Source: Eledone cirrhosa (lineage: Eukaryota). Taken from it: 64,000 bases of DNA. The translations under genes and the position numbers were made by a program. The stretch lies in NCBI GenBank assembly GCA_964016885.1, contig OZ024741.1, positions 223,138,001 to 223,202,000 of the forward strand. Reading direction: 5' to 3'. The notes under the pieces are model-generated. The model saw only the letters and a list, made by a program, of their open reading frames with translations, was not told where the DNA came from and searched no databases. Below are positions 49,275 through 61,800 of this stretch, in pieces (positions within the stretch are counted from its first letter, which is position 1; every line of letters begins with the position of its first letter).

Positions 49275-51247
49275 GTGTCCGGTCGGCTGACCTTATCTTG
49301 CTCATACGGGAACTGATTCTGGCTTGATTTCTACAGCTGGATGCCCTTCCTAACACCAACCTCATTTACAGTGAGTGCTGGGTGCTTTTTTTCCATGGCG
49401 CCTACACGTCCACTTTACAGTGTGGGCTGGGTGCTTTTTTGCCGTGGCACCTCCACGACCACTTTGCAGTGGGAGGGGGTAGGGGCATATTGTCTATATG
49501 CTTCAGCTTCAGCTTGTACCCATGGGGTGTCGGGTCTTCTGTATTACTGCGCGATGCCAGAGGTCACGGTCGTGTGTCATCACCTTTGAGAGGTGTAATT
49601 GGGTAAGGTCGGCTTTTATCACATCATCCCAGGTCTTCTTGGGTCTCCCCACTCCGTGGCTTCCATCGACTTCTAATGCTCTGCACCTTTTTATGCAGCT
49701 GTCATCCTTCATACGCATCACATGTCCATACCAATGCAACCTCCTCTCCTGCACACAACATTTGATTCCTCTTATGCTCAGTCTCTCTCTCAATTCATTT
49801 ATGCTTCGCTGTTCGTGTATATTACTATTACACATTCATCGGAGCATGCAAGATTTGTTTCTTTCTAATCTATGCAAGTCTTCCACAGACAGCGCCAAGG
49901 TCTCACTACCATGTACCATTGCTGTTCGTATACACACATCATACAGTCTGCCTTTCATTTTGAGGGAAAAGTCTTTTGCAGCTAGCAGTGGCAGTAGCTC
50001 CCTGAACTTCTTCCATCCCGTTCTTACCCTAGTTATTGTACTTTCTGAACACCCACCTCTGCTGCTAATTCGGTCACCTAGGTAGCAGAAGCTATCTACT
50101 GTTTCTACAGAGCCCTCCCAGAGTTTGGTGGTACTTGTTTCCTGTGGCTGTTTGCTGCTTGCTGTCCCAGCGCAGCTGCTACATGTGAAGCCTACATTCT
50201 TAGTTAAGCTTCCTGAGATCCCACTACATCTCTTGTGTACCCCTTGTTTGCATTTGGGGCAGAGAATGGAGTTCTTACCTACACCTTTCCTACATACTGA
50301 GCAAGGCCATTTCCCTGAGGGAATCTGGGTTCTGGTTTCTCGTCTACTTACAAGGACCTTAGTCTTTGTCAGGTTGACTTTGAGACCCCTTCTTTCTAGC
50401 CCCTGCTTCCAAGTTTGGAATTTCTTCTCTAGTTCTACCATAGATTCAGCTATAAGTGCGAGGTCATCTGCATACAGGAGTTCCCATGGGCATCCGGTTT
50501 TAAACTCCTCCGTTATTGCCTGCAGAACTATGATGAACAGGAGAGGGCTAAGAACAGATCCCTGGTGGACACCGACTTGTATGCTAAATTCCTCACTATA
50601 GTCATTGCTAATCCTAACTTTGCTGACTGCTCCCCATTACATGGCTTTTACAGCTTTCACAAGCCATTCATCTACTCCTAGTTTTCTAAGAGCCCACCAG
50701 ATTATAGCACGGGGAACTCTGTCAAAGGCTTTCTTGAGATCGATGAATGCCAGGTAGAGTGGCTTACTTTTAGCTAGGTACTTTTCCTGTAACTGCCTCA
50801 CAAGGAAGAAGGCATCAGTGCTGCCTCTTCCTGGCACAAACCCAAATTGCATCTCATCTCGTTTCACTCGGTCCCTAATCAACTGTGTATAACTCTTTCT
50901 GTTACTTTCATTACCTGGTCCATCAGCTTTATACCTCTATAGTTTCCTCTATCAAGTGTATCTCCTTTACCCTTGTAGCAATTGACAATGATGCTACTGC
51001 ACCAATCCTTTGGTATGACACCTTCTAGTATAACCTGGTTAACAATACGTGTGGTTGTGGTGTGACCTACCGACCCAGATGCCTTCAGCATCTCGGCAGC
51101 TATACCCGATGGACCGGTTGCCTTCCCCGTCTTCATATCTTTGATTGCCTTACTTACTATGCTGCAGCTGACTTGTACTGCTGGCCCCTCTATAGGGTCT
51201 ACTTGGGGTAGGGTCTCTTCTTCCCATGCATTCTCCTCATTTAGTAA

Positions 51248-51250
<3 letters not shown>
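49275..51250 (-). mobile_element. 5'-truncated RTE-clade LINE (RT with YADD, Cys-rich insert and 3' UTR), with in-frame stops
   Basis: KTGKATGPSGI, MQFGFVPGRG, DLKKAFDRV, GVHQGSVLSPLLF, ELLYADDLAL, CSVC...CPKC...HKRC and RRLHWYGHVMRM. Confidence 0.92.
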
Positions 51251-51332
<82 letters not shown>

Positions 51333-51443
51333 ATGTGTGTGTGTGTGTTAGGTAATTCCGAAGAAAAAGCAAAGGAAAAAAGAGTGCTCTGTATATAGAA
51401 GAGAACTATTTAATTAGTAAGTAAACAACACAATATATAACTA

Positions 51444-51511
51444 CTCCATTACCAAAGGTTTCAGGATCCTAGACAATATTAATATATGTCTAGATCGTTC
51501 ATCAGACAGAG
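51444..51511 (-). ncRNA. Candidate type I hammerhead ribozyme in the left arm of a ~105-bp inverted repeat
   Basis: ctctgt-CTGATGA-(long stem II)-GAAA-CC-ttt-GG-TA-atggag; GUA cleavage triplet; 6-bp stem I including two G-U pairs. Confidence 0.55.
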
Positions 51512-51719
51512 AGACGATCTAGACATATATTAATATTGTTTAGGGTCCTGAAACCTTTGATGATATAATGAATAAAATAAGCAGGGTTTAATGATTGGTT
51601 TATGAAACATTTCTCACTCATATAGGATTGTTTCTGGCTGGTTTTCTACGACTGGATGCCCTTCCTAACACCAACCATATTTACAGTGTGGATGTTTTGT
51701 GGTACCAACATAATATATA

Positions 51720-52052
51720 TAATCATCATCATCATCATTTTACGTCTGCTTTTCCCTGCTTGCAAGGGTGGGACGGGAACTGATTCTGGCTTGATTTCTA
51801 CAGCTGGATGCCCTTCCTAACACCAACCTCATTTACAGTGCTAGGTGCTTTTTTTCCATGGCACCTGCACATCCACTTTACAGTGGAATGATAGGGACCC
51901 CAGTCCCTATCATCTCATTTCTACAGCTGAGTAAACTGGAGCAATGTGAAATAAAGTGTCTTGCTCAAGAAAACAACACATCACCCAGTCTGAGAATTGA
52001 ACTCACAACCTTTCGATTGCAAGGCCAATGCTCTAACCACTAAGCCATGTGC
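51720..52052 (-). mobile_element. SINE copy (same family as 48935-49262)
   Basis: reverse-complement match including the tRNA-like head and (GAT)n tail. Confidence 0.8.
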
Positions 52053-52143
52053 CTCCATTATATATATATGTATATGTGTATATACATATATATTTGCATG
52101 TATATACACATATCATACATATACCATATATATGTATATATAT

Positions 52144-52192
<49 letters not shown>

Positions 52193-52204
52193 TCACATAT
52201 ATAT

Positions 52205-52500
52205 ATGTAGGTAAAAGGTAAACAGAAATAACAACACAATCAGTACAGTATATGGAAGGGATATATTAGGTTAACGCTTGATATAGCAGGAAGAGGGTCT
52301 TAACGTTTCGGATGCTAGTCCTTCATCAGAAGAATAAATGAGAAATAAGATAGATTGAGGGGACGGGCAGGTTGGAATTGGAAAAAATGTCTTTAGATAA
52401 AAATAACAAGTCCATATTGAAGGTACTAGGGAGTGAACAATAGACAGGTGAGAAGAAGAAGGTGGTGTAAGAAGATTTTAGTAGAGGGAAAGTGGTAACA
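52205..52500 (-). mobile_element. Solo Penelope-like terminal repeat fragment
   Basis: 52205-52410 matches the reverse complement of 32485-32690; 52411-52495 matches 30786-30870. Confidence 0.8.
52298..52333 (-). ncRNA. Minimal hammerhead ribozyme of the Penelope-associated type
   Basis: tctt-CTGATGA-aGGActagcaTCC-GAAA-CG-TT-aaga: intact core, palindromic AACGTT stem III, GUU triplet. Confidence 0.75.
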
Positions 52501-52744
52501 TGGGTAGCTTGGATTGACCATTAAGGAGAAAATCAGGTCAGAGGACCATGTTTAGCTAACCCGGAGCAGATTTCGGCTTGGTTTCTACAACTAGGTGCCT
52601 TTCCTAATACCAACCACATTTATAGTGTGTGGTGGGTGCTTTTTGTTGTGTCACCTACATGACTACATTACAGTGGGAACTGGATACTTTTGTCATGGAA
52701 CTAGCTTGGGAAAATTGCAGACATAATATATATATATATATATT

Positions 52745-55700
52745 ATTTGGACCAATCATAAGACAACGGCCTATGCTATCACTTCTTCTGGTTGCTTTTC
52801 GATATGATGGATGGACTAAGGAATTTCTGGAGAGTCTGAAGAATCTGGACACTCGGAGACAATGCCAAAGATAACGACAAATTCACCTCATGCTGCCGGA
52901 CGAAAGGGCAAGGTCTCCTCCTCCTTGTTTTGGCCGCGGATGGCCAACATAACTACAACCCCATCCCCCTCACTGCGCCCCAGCCACCAAACGTAATCCA
53001 AAACTTCAGAGTTGGTACCATGAATGTAGGCACCTTAAAAGGTCACTCTAACGAGGTTGTAGAAATGCTTGAACGTAAGGAGGTTGATGTTTGCTGTATC
53101 TAAGATACCAGGTGGAGGGGCGGGTCTGCTAGATTCATTGTGGGTAAAAAACGATGCTATAAGCTTTTCTGGGTGGGAAATGACAATGGGCTGGGTGGAG
53201 TAGGATCATGTTAGCAGAAAAATGGGTGGATAAGATAATAGACGTAAATAGAGTGAATTACAGAATAATTAAAATAAGACTTGTTCTAAATAGAACTACT
53301 GTGACAGTAATATCTGCGTACGCACCCCAATCCGGACTGCCTGGCGCTATAAAAGACAGATTCTATGAGACACTGATGCTCACTACCTCTCAAATAACCG
53401 ACAGTGACTATATAATTATTGCTGGCGACCTAAATGGTCACGTTGGACAACATTGTGATGGCTATGACGGAATCCACGGAGGCTATGGGTTTGGTACTAG
53501 AATTGAGGAAGGCTCCAGAATCCTGGAATTCTGTGACGCAAATAACCTAACTATCTGTAACACTAACTTCAAAAAACGAGACAATCACTTGATCACCTAC
53601 AGATCAGGGGAACATACCAGCCAGGTAGATTATATCCTTACCAGAAGACGTGACAGAGTGTCTGTTGTAAACACTAAATCCCTCCCCCATGAAGAATGCA
53701 CCTCCCAACATAGACTGATAATTAGCGACCTCATAGTCAGGACGAGACGTACTCAACAACAGAAGAGGACTATCCTCAGGAGAAAAATATGGAAGCTAAA
53801 GAACCCCACAGCCAGTAATAAATTTAAAAGCATATTACTTGATGCTTTTGACAGTAAGGAAGAGCATTTAGAGTCGTACAATATAGAGGAACAGTGGGAA
53901 TTCCTGAAAGCAAACCTGCTGATGGCGGCAGACGAAGTCTGTGGCTGGAGCAGGCCTATAGGCAAGAGGAGAGTAACGTGGTGGTGGAACAGTAAGGTGG
54001 AGGAATCAATTAAGGCCAAAAAGCAGGCTTGGAAAGTATGGCGGGATGGGGGAAGTAGAGAAGACTATCAAGTGGCCAGGAGGGAAGCTAGGAGACAAGT
54101 GTACTTCGCAAGAAGGGAAGCAGAGGAAAGAAAGTTCAAGCATGTTCTACAATGCGAGGACCAAAAACGTGAGGTGTTCAGGATTGCTAGGCACTGTGTC
54201 AAGGAAAACCGTGATATTGTCGGGGAGAAGTGTGTCCTTAATGATGATGGTGTACTTGCCATCACTGACGCTGATAAGAAGGTAGCTTGGAAGTGTCACT
54301 ACGAAAGGCTACTAAATGAGGAGAATAAATGGGAGAAAGACAGTCTCCCCCACATTGATCCAATAGAGGGACCAGCAGTGTTAGTCGAAGGTAGTATAAT
54401 AAGTAAGGCAATCAAAGATATGAAGACGGGTAAGGCGGCTGGGCCTTCGGAAATAGTTGCTGAAATGCTGAAAGCTTCTGGAACGGTGGGACACACCATG
54501 GTCACCCGGATAGTAAACCAAGTCATACAGAATGGGGTTGTTCCGAAGGACTAGCGTAGCAGCATCATCATTAACTGCTACAAGGGTAAAGGAGATGCCC
54601 TAGATAGAAGTAACTATAGAGGCATTAAATTAATCGACCAAGTCATGAAGGTCACAGAAAAAGTAATAGCGCAACTAATCAGAGAGAGAATTGATCTAGA
54701 TGAAATGCAGTTTGGGTTTGTGTCAGGTAAAAGTACCACAGACACTCTTTTCCTTGTACGACAAAGAAACAGAACCCAGATCCCCTCAGGGAAATGGCCT
54801 TGCTCAGTATGTAGGAAAGGTGTAGGTAGGAACTCCATTCTCTGCCCCAAATGCAAACAATGGGTACACAAGAGATGTAGCAGGATCTCAGGAAGCTTAA
54901 TTAAGAATGTAGGCTTCACATGCAGCAGCTGTACTGGGACAGCAAGCAGCAAACAGCCACAGGAAACAAGTACCACCAATCTCTGGGAGGGCTCTGTAGA
55001 GACAGTAGACAGCTTCTGTACCTACGTGACCGAATTAGCAGCGGAGGTGGGTGTTCAGAAAGTACAATAACTAGGGTAAGAACGGGATGGAAGAAGTTCA
55101 GGGAACTACTACCACTGCTAGCTGCAAAAGACTTCTCCCTCAGAATGAAAGGCAGACAGTATGATGTGTGTATCTGAACAGCAATGTTACATGGTAGTGA
55201 GACCTGGGCGCTGAAGGTGGAAGACTTATGTAGATTAGAGAGAAACGAAGCCTGCATGCTCCGATGGATGTGTAATAGTAATATACGCGAACAACAAAGC
55301 ATAAATGAATTGAGAGAGAGACTGAGCATAAGAGGAATCAAATGCTGTGTGAGGAGAGGCGGATGCGTTGGTATGGACATGTGATGCGTATGAAGGATGA
55401 CAGCTGCATAAAAAGGTGCAGAGCATTAGAAGTCGATGGAAGCCACGGAGTGGGGAGACCCAAGAAGACCTGGGATGATGTGATAAAAGCCGACCTTACC
55501 CAATTACACCTCTCAAAGGTGATGACACACGACCGTGACCTCTGGCGTCACGCAGTAATACAGAGTACCCGACCTCCCATGGGTACAAGCTGAAGCATAT
55601 AGACAATATGCCCCCACACCCTCCCACTGCAAGGTGGTCGTGGAGGTGCCAGGGCAAAAAAGCACCCAGCCCACACTGTAAAGTGGACGTGTAGGCGTCA

Positions 55701-57422
55701 CGAAAAAGCACTCAGCACTCACTGTAAATGAGGTTGGTGTTAGGAAGCGCATCCAGCTGTAGATATCAAGCCAAATCAGTTCCTGTTTGAGCAATGCATG
55801 GTCAGCCGACCAGACAGTGCCCACAACAGGACAACCCGTCTAACCCATGCTAGCATGGAAGAACGGACGTAAAACGGTGATGATGATGATGATGACAACT
55901 ACAGGAGAAGTACCTAGCTAAAAGTAAACCCCTATACTTAGCTTTTGTTGACTTGGAGAAAGCCTTTGACAGAGTCCTCTGCCCCATTATCTGGTGGGCT
56001 CTCAGAAAACTAGATGTTGATGAATGGCTTGTGAGAGCTATACAAGCCATGTATAAAGAAACAGTCAGCAAGGTTAGAATTAACAACGAATATAGTGAAG
56101 AGTTTAGCATAAAAGTTGGTGTTCATCAGGGTTCCGTCCTTAGCCCCCTCCTATTTATTATTGCCCTCCAGGCTATAACAGAGGAGTTGAAGACCAGCTG
56201 CCCACGGGAACTTCTATACGCAGATAATCTGAATCAATGGCTGAACTAGAGAAGAAATTCGAAACATGGAAGCATGGCCTAGAATCAAAAAGGCCTTAAA
56301 ATTAACTTGTCTAAGATTAAAGTTCTAGTATGTAGAAAGGAAAATAGGGCACAGGTGCCCATCTGGGAAATGGCCATGCTCAGTGTGTAGGAAAGGAGTA
56401 GGCAGACACTCCATTTTATGTCCCAAATGCAAAGTATGGGTGCATAAAAGATGTAGTGGGATCACAGGTAAGCTAACTAAGAATATAGATTTTATATGTG
56501 GCCGGTGCTCTGGTGCAATAAGTAACAGCAAGTACCAAAGGATGCTAGCTCATTCTATTGCACAGATGGTTCTATAGAAATAGTGGACACCTTCCGTTAC
56601 CTGAGTGAAAAAATCAGCAGTGGTGGAGGGTGCTCTGAAAGTACAGTAGCTAGAGTCAGAACGGGATCGAAAAAGTTCAGAGCTTATACCACTATTGGCC
56701 GCTAAAGGTTTTCCTCTAAAAATGAAAGGCAGGCTGTATGATGCCTGCATACGAACAGCGATGTTACATGGCAGTGGGACATGGGCATTGTGTGCAGAGG
56801 ATATACGCAGACTGGAGAGAAACGAAGCTTGCATGCTCCGTTGGATGTGTAATAGTAATATACATGAACGGCAAAGCATAAATGAACTAAGTGAGAAATT
56901 AGGAATAAGAGGGATCAGATGCTGTTTACTCGAGAGAAGACTACGTTGGTATGGTCACATGATGCAACTGAAAAACGACAGCTGTATAAAAAAGTGCAGG
57001 GCGATCAAAATAGACGGTAGCCACGGAGTAGGCAGACCCAGAAAAACCTGGGACGACTTGATAAATTCCGACCTCACACACTTACACCTCTCCAAGACCA
57101 TGTCACTGGACCGAGACCTTTGGCGCTATGCAGTAATACAGAAGACCCACCTTGCCTAAGTACAAAGCGAAACTTACAGTCAGTAGGCACCTCTTAACCA
57201 AAATACACCCCCGTCCCACTACCCCTACCCCACCCCTTCTGATGTAAAGTTATGTTGGTACCACAACATCCAGTCCTAAATAAATGAGGTCGTGTAGGTG
57301 TCACAACAAAAAACACACAGTCCACACTGTAATGTGGGCGTGTAGGTAACACGGTAAAAACCTCCCAGTCCACACTGTAAATGTGGTTGGTGTTAGGAAG
57401 GGCATCCAGCCGTAGAAAAAAA

Positions 57423-57501
<79 letters not shown>

Positions 57502-57645
57502 GGTGTTAGGAAGGGCATCCAACCGTAGAAAACCCGCCAGACAGTCCTATACGAGCAAGACAACCAATCATGCCTTAAGTGGGACAATTCCCATCCAAAC
57601 CCATGCTAGCGTGGCAGATGGACGTTAAACGATGATGATGATGAT
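52745..57645 (+). mobile_element. Near full-length RTE-clade LINE (5' UTR, APE, RT, 3' UTR, (GAT)n tail), inactivated and carrying a nested RTE
   Basis: VGTMNVGTL, ISAYAPQ, AGDLNGHVG and SQVDYIL (ORF 53208-54554); RT motifs at 54560-54764 continue at 55899 (LQEKYLAK...DLEKAFDRV...HQGSVLSP...YADNL). Confidence 0.92.
54765..55898 (+). mobile_element. Nested 5'-truncated RTE copy (subfamily of 49275-51250), apparent TSD GACAA
   Basis: near-identical to the reverse complement of ~49275-50340; GACAA at 54760-54764 and 55894-55898. Confidence 0.82.
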
Positions 57646-58071
57646 ATCACGATAAATTAACGGAACCATAGACTCTCGTTGAAAAGGTAACATACTAGAG
57701 AGAGAGAGAGAGATAGTGTGCCATCAATAAAACAGGGAAAACCACCAGTGTATGGAATCTATAATCTATGGAAGTCAGGGTAGACACACAATAATTAAAA
57801 ATATAAATTAAAATGTATATACGCACCTCTATAACTATATAACACAGGCGTACAAATCCAAAGAGATCTGTTTCGCCAGGAAGTTGTTGACTGAAATAGA
57901 ATAGCCTAGGGTTCATCAGCGCGTGCAAGACTATACATTCCAAACAACTCTAAGAGAATCTAAAGCGACCATCCAGCTACACGCGGCAGAGAGATGTCAC
58001 AGCGTGTTTAGGGCAGTGAACCAGTGGTATCTGAGGGACGAGCTGCTAGAAAGGGCAGCCCAAAACCACTG

Positions 58072-58833
58072 CTGGACCGTCAGGGATAGTTGCTGAGATG
58101 CTGAAGGCATCAGAAGTAGGCACTAAATTGGTTGCATGCATCATCAATCTAGTTATATATGGTGGTGTCATACCCAAAGGCTGGTGCAGCAGTATTCTCA
58201 TAAATTGCTACAAAGGTAAAGGGGATACTCTAGAGACTAGCAATTATAGGGGCATAAAGCTGATGGATCAGGTTATGAAAGTGGCAGAGAGAATATTAGC
58301 GTAACTGATTAGAGAAAGGGTCAAATTAGATGAGATGCAGTTTGGTTTTGTGCCTCGGAAAAGTACAACAGATGCCCTCTTCTTAGTGAGGCAACTACAA
58401 GAGAAGTTCTTTGAGAAGAATAAGCCACTATACTTAGCTTTTGTTGACCTAGAGAAGGCCTTTGATAGGGTACCCCGATCTCTCATCTGGTGGTCCCTAA
58501 GGAAACTAGGTGTAGAGGAATGGTTTGTGAGGACAGTGCAAGCTATGTACAGGGGTGCTGTCAGTAAAGTGAGAGTAGGTATGGAGTTTAGTAAGGAATT
58601 CCAGATACAAGTAGGTGTACATCTGGGTTCAGTCCTCAGCCCGCTCTTGTTCATTATAGTCCTCCAAGCCAAAACAGAGGAGTTTAAGACTGGATGCCCA
58701 TGGGAACTTCTCTATGCTGATTATCTGGTTCTTATAGCAGAATCAGTAGAGGAGCTAGAGAATAAATTCTGGCTATGGAAACAGCAGTTGGAATCGAGAG
58801 GACTGAGAGTGAACCTAGCTAAGACAAAAGTGT
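58072..58833 (+). mobile_element. RTE RT fragment truncated at the start of the tandem array
   Basis: AGPSGIVAEMLKAS, MQFGFVP, DLEKAFDRV, ELLYADYLVL and VNLAKTKVL. Confidence 0.9.
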
Positions 58834-61800
58834 TGAAAAGGTTACTGGCTGGGGAAAAGTTACTGGCTGGGAAAGGTTACTAGCCAGAGAAAGGTTACAG
58901 CCTGGGGAAAGGTTACTAGCCGGGGAAAGGTTACTGGCCAGAGAAAGGTTACTGGCTGGGGAAAGGTTACTGGCCGGAGAAAGGTTACTGGCTGGGGAAA
59001 GGTTACTGGCCGGGGAAAGGTTACTGGCCGGGAAAAGGTTACTAGCCGGGGAAAGGTTACTGGCCTGAGAAAGGTTACTGGCCGGGGAAAGGTTACTGGC
59101 TGGGGAAAGGTTACTGGCTGGGGAAAGGTTACTGGCTGGGGAAAGGTTACTGGCCGGGGAAAGGTTACTGGCCAGAGAAAGGTAACTGGCCAGAGAAAGG
59201 TAACTGGCCGGGGAAAGGTTACTGGCCGGGGAAAGGTTACTGGCCAGAGAAAGGTTACTGGCCAGAGAAAGGTTACTGGCCAGAGAAAGGTTACTGGCCG
59301 GGGAAAGGTTACTGGCTAGAGAAAGGTTACTAGCCAGGGAAAGGTTACTAGCCGGGGAAAGGTTACTGGCTGGGGAAAGGTTACTGGCTGGGGAAAGGTT
59401 ACTGGCCAGAGAAAGGTTACTGGCTGGGGAAAGGTTACTGGCTGGGGAAAGGTTACTGGCCGGAGAAAGGTTACTGGCCAGAGAAAGGTTACTGGCCAGA
59501 GAAAGGTTACTGGCTGGGGAAAGGTTACTGGCTGGGAAAAGGTTACTAGCCAGAGAAAGGTTACTGGCCAGAGAAAGGTTACTGGCCGGGGAAAGGTTAC
59601 TGGCCGGGGAAAGGTTACTGGCCAGAGAAAGGTTACAGGCTGGGGAAAGGTTACTGGCTGGGGAAAGGTTACTGGCCGGAGAAAGGTTACTGGCCAGAGA
59701 AAGGTTACAGGCTGGGGAAAGGTTACTGGCCGGAGAAAGGTTACTGGCTGGGGAAATGTTACTGGCCGGGGAAAGGTTACTGGCCGGGGAAAGGTTACTG
59801 GCCAGGGAAAGGTTACTAGCCAGAGAAAGGTTACTAGCCAGAGAAAGGTTACTGGCTGGGGAAAGGTTACTGGCCGGAGAAAGGTTACTGGCCAGAGAAA
59901 GGTTACAGGCTGGGGAAAGGTTACTGGCCGGAGAAAGGTTACTGGCCAAGGAAAGGTTACTAGCCAGAGAAAGGTTACTAGCCAGAGAAAGGTTACTGGC
60001 TGGGGAAAGGTTACTGGCCGGAGAAAGGTTACTGGCCAGAGAAAGGTTACTGGCTGGGGAAAGGTTACTGGCCGGAGAAAGGTTACTGGCCAGAGAAAGG
60101 TTACTAGCCAGAGAAAGGTTACTGGCCAGAGAAAGGTTACTAGCCAGAGAAAGGTTACTGGCCAGAGAAAGGTTACTGGCTGGGGAAAGGTTACTGGCCG
60201 GAGAAAGGTTACTGGCCAGAGAAAGGTTACTGGCTGGGGAAAGGTTACTGGCCGGAGAAAGGTTACTGGCCAGAGAAAGGTTACTGGCTGGGGAAAGGTT
60301 ACTGGCCGGGGAAAGGTTACTGGCCAGAGAAAGGTTACTAGCCAGAGAAAGGTTACTGGCCAGAGAAAGGTTACTGGCCGGAGAAAGGTTACTGGCCAGA
60401 GAAAGGTTACTAGCCAGAGAAAGGTTACTGGCCAGAGAAAGGTTACTGGCCAGAGAAAGGTTACTGGCTGGGGAAAGGTTACTGGCCGGAGAAAGGTTAC
60501 TGGCCAGAGAAAGGTTACTGGCTGGGGAAAGGTTACTGGCCAGAGAAAGGTTACTGGCCAGAGAAAGGTTACTAGCCAGAGAAAGGTTACTGGCCGGAGA
60601 AAGGTTACTGGCCAGAGAAAGGTTACTGGCTGGGGAAAGGTTACTGGCCGGAGAAAGGTTACTGGCCAGAGAAAGGTTACTGGCTGGGGAAAGGTTACTG
60701 GCTGGGGAAAGGTTACTGGCCGGAGAAAGGTTACTAGCCAGAGAAAGGTTACTGGCTGGGGAAAGGTTACTAGCCAGAGAAAGGTTACTGGCCGGGGAAA
60801 GGTTACTGGCCGGGGAAAGGTTACTGGCCAAGGAAAGGTTATTGGCCAGAGAAAGGTTACTGGCCAAGGAAAGGTTATTGGCCAGAGAAAGGTTACTGGC
60901 CAGAGAAAGGTTACTGGCTGGGGAAAGGTTACTGGCCAGAGAAAGGTTACTAGCCAGAGAAAGGTTACTGGCCGGGGAAAGGTTACTGGCCGGGGAAAGG
61001 TTACTGGCCAAGGAAAGGTTATTGGCCAGAGAAAGGTTACTGGCCAGAGAAAGGTTACTGGCTGGGGAAAGGTTACTGGCCGGAGAAAGGTTACTAGCCA
61101 GAGAAAGGTTACTGGCCGGGGAAAGGTTACTGGCCAAGGAAAGGTTACTGGCTGGGGAAATGTTATTGGCCGGGAAAAGGTTACTGGCCAAGGAAAGGTT
61201 ATTGGCCAGAGAAAGGTTACTGGCCAGAGAAAGGTTACTGGCTGGGGAAAGGTTACTGGCCGGAGAAAGGTTACTGGCCAGAGAAAGGTTACTGGCTGGG
61301 GAAAGGTTACTGGCTGGGGAAAGATTACTGGCTAGAGAAAGGTTACTGGCCAGGGAAAGGTTACTGGTCAGAGAAAGGTTACTGGCCAGAGAAAGGTTAC
61401 TGGCCGGGGAAAGGTTACTGGCTGGGGAAAGGTTACTGGCTGGGGAAAGGTTACTGGTCAGAGAAAGGTTACTGGCTGGGGAAAGGTTACTGGCCGGGGA
61501 AAGGTTACTGGCCAGGGAAAGGTTACTGGCTGGGGAAAGGTTACTGGTCAGAGAAAGGTTACTGGCCGGGGAAAGGTTACTGGCTGGGGAAAGATTACTG
61601 GCTAGAGAAAGGTTACTGGCCAGGGAAAGGTTACTGGTCAGAGAAAGGTTACTGGCCAGAGAAAGGTTACTGGCCGGGGAAAGGTTACTGGCTGGGGAAA
61701 GGTTACTGGCTGGGGAAAGGTTACTGGCCAGGGAAAGGTTACTAGCCAGAGAAAGGTTACTGGCTGGGGAAAGGTTACTGGTCAGAGAAAGGTTACTGGC

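Noticed and set aside
53208-54554. 448-aa ORF as a host gene (such ORFs are often auto-labelled craniofacial development protein 2-like)
   Set aside because: It is the APE endonuclease and linker of an RTE LINE, with stops on both sides
58819-61191. 790-aa ORF annotated as a protein-coding gene
   Set aside because: Its start is a TTG inside a repeat variant and it has no unique sequence; kept only as a hypothesis under findings
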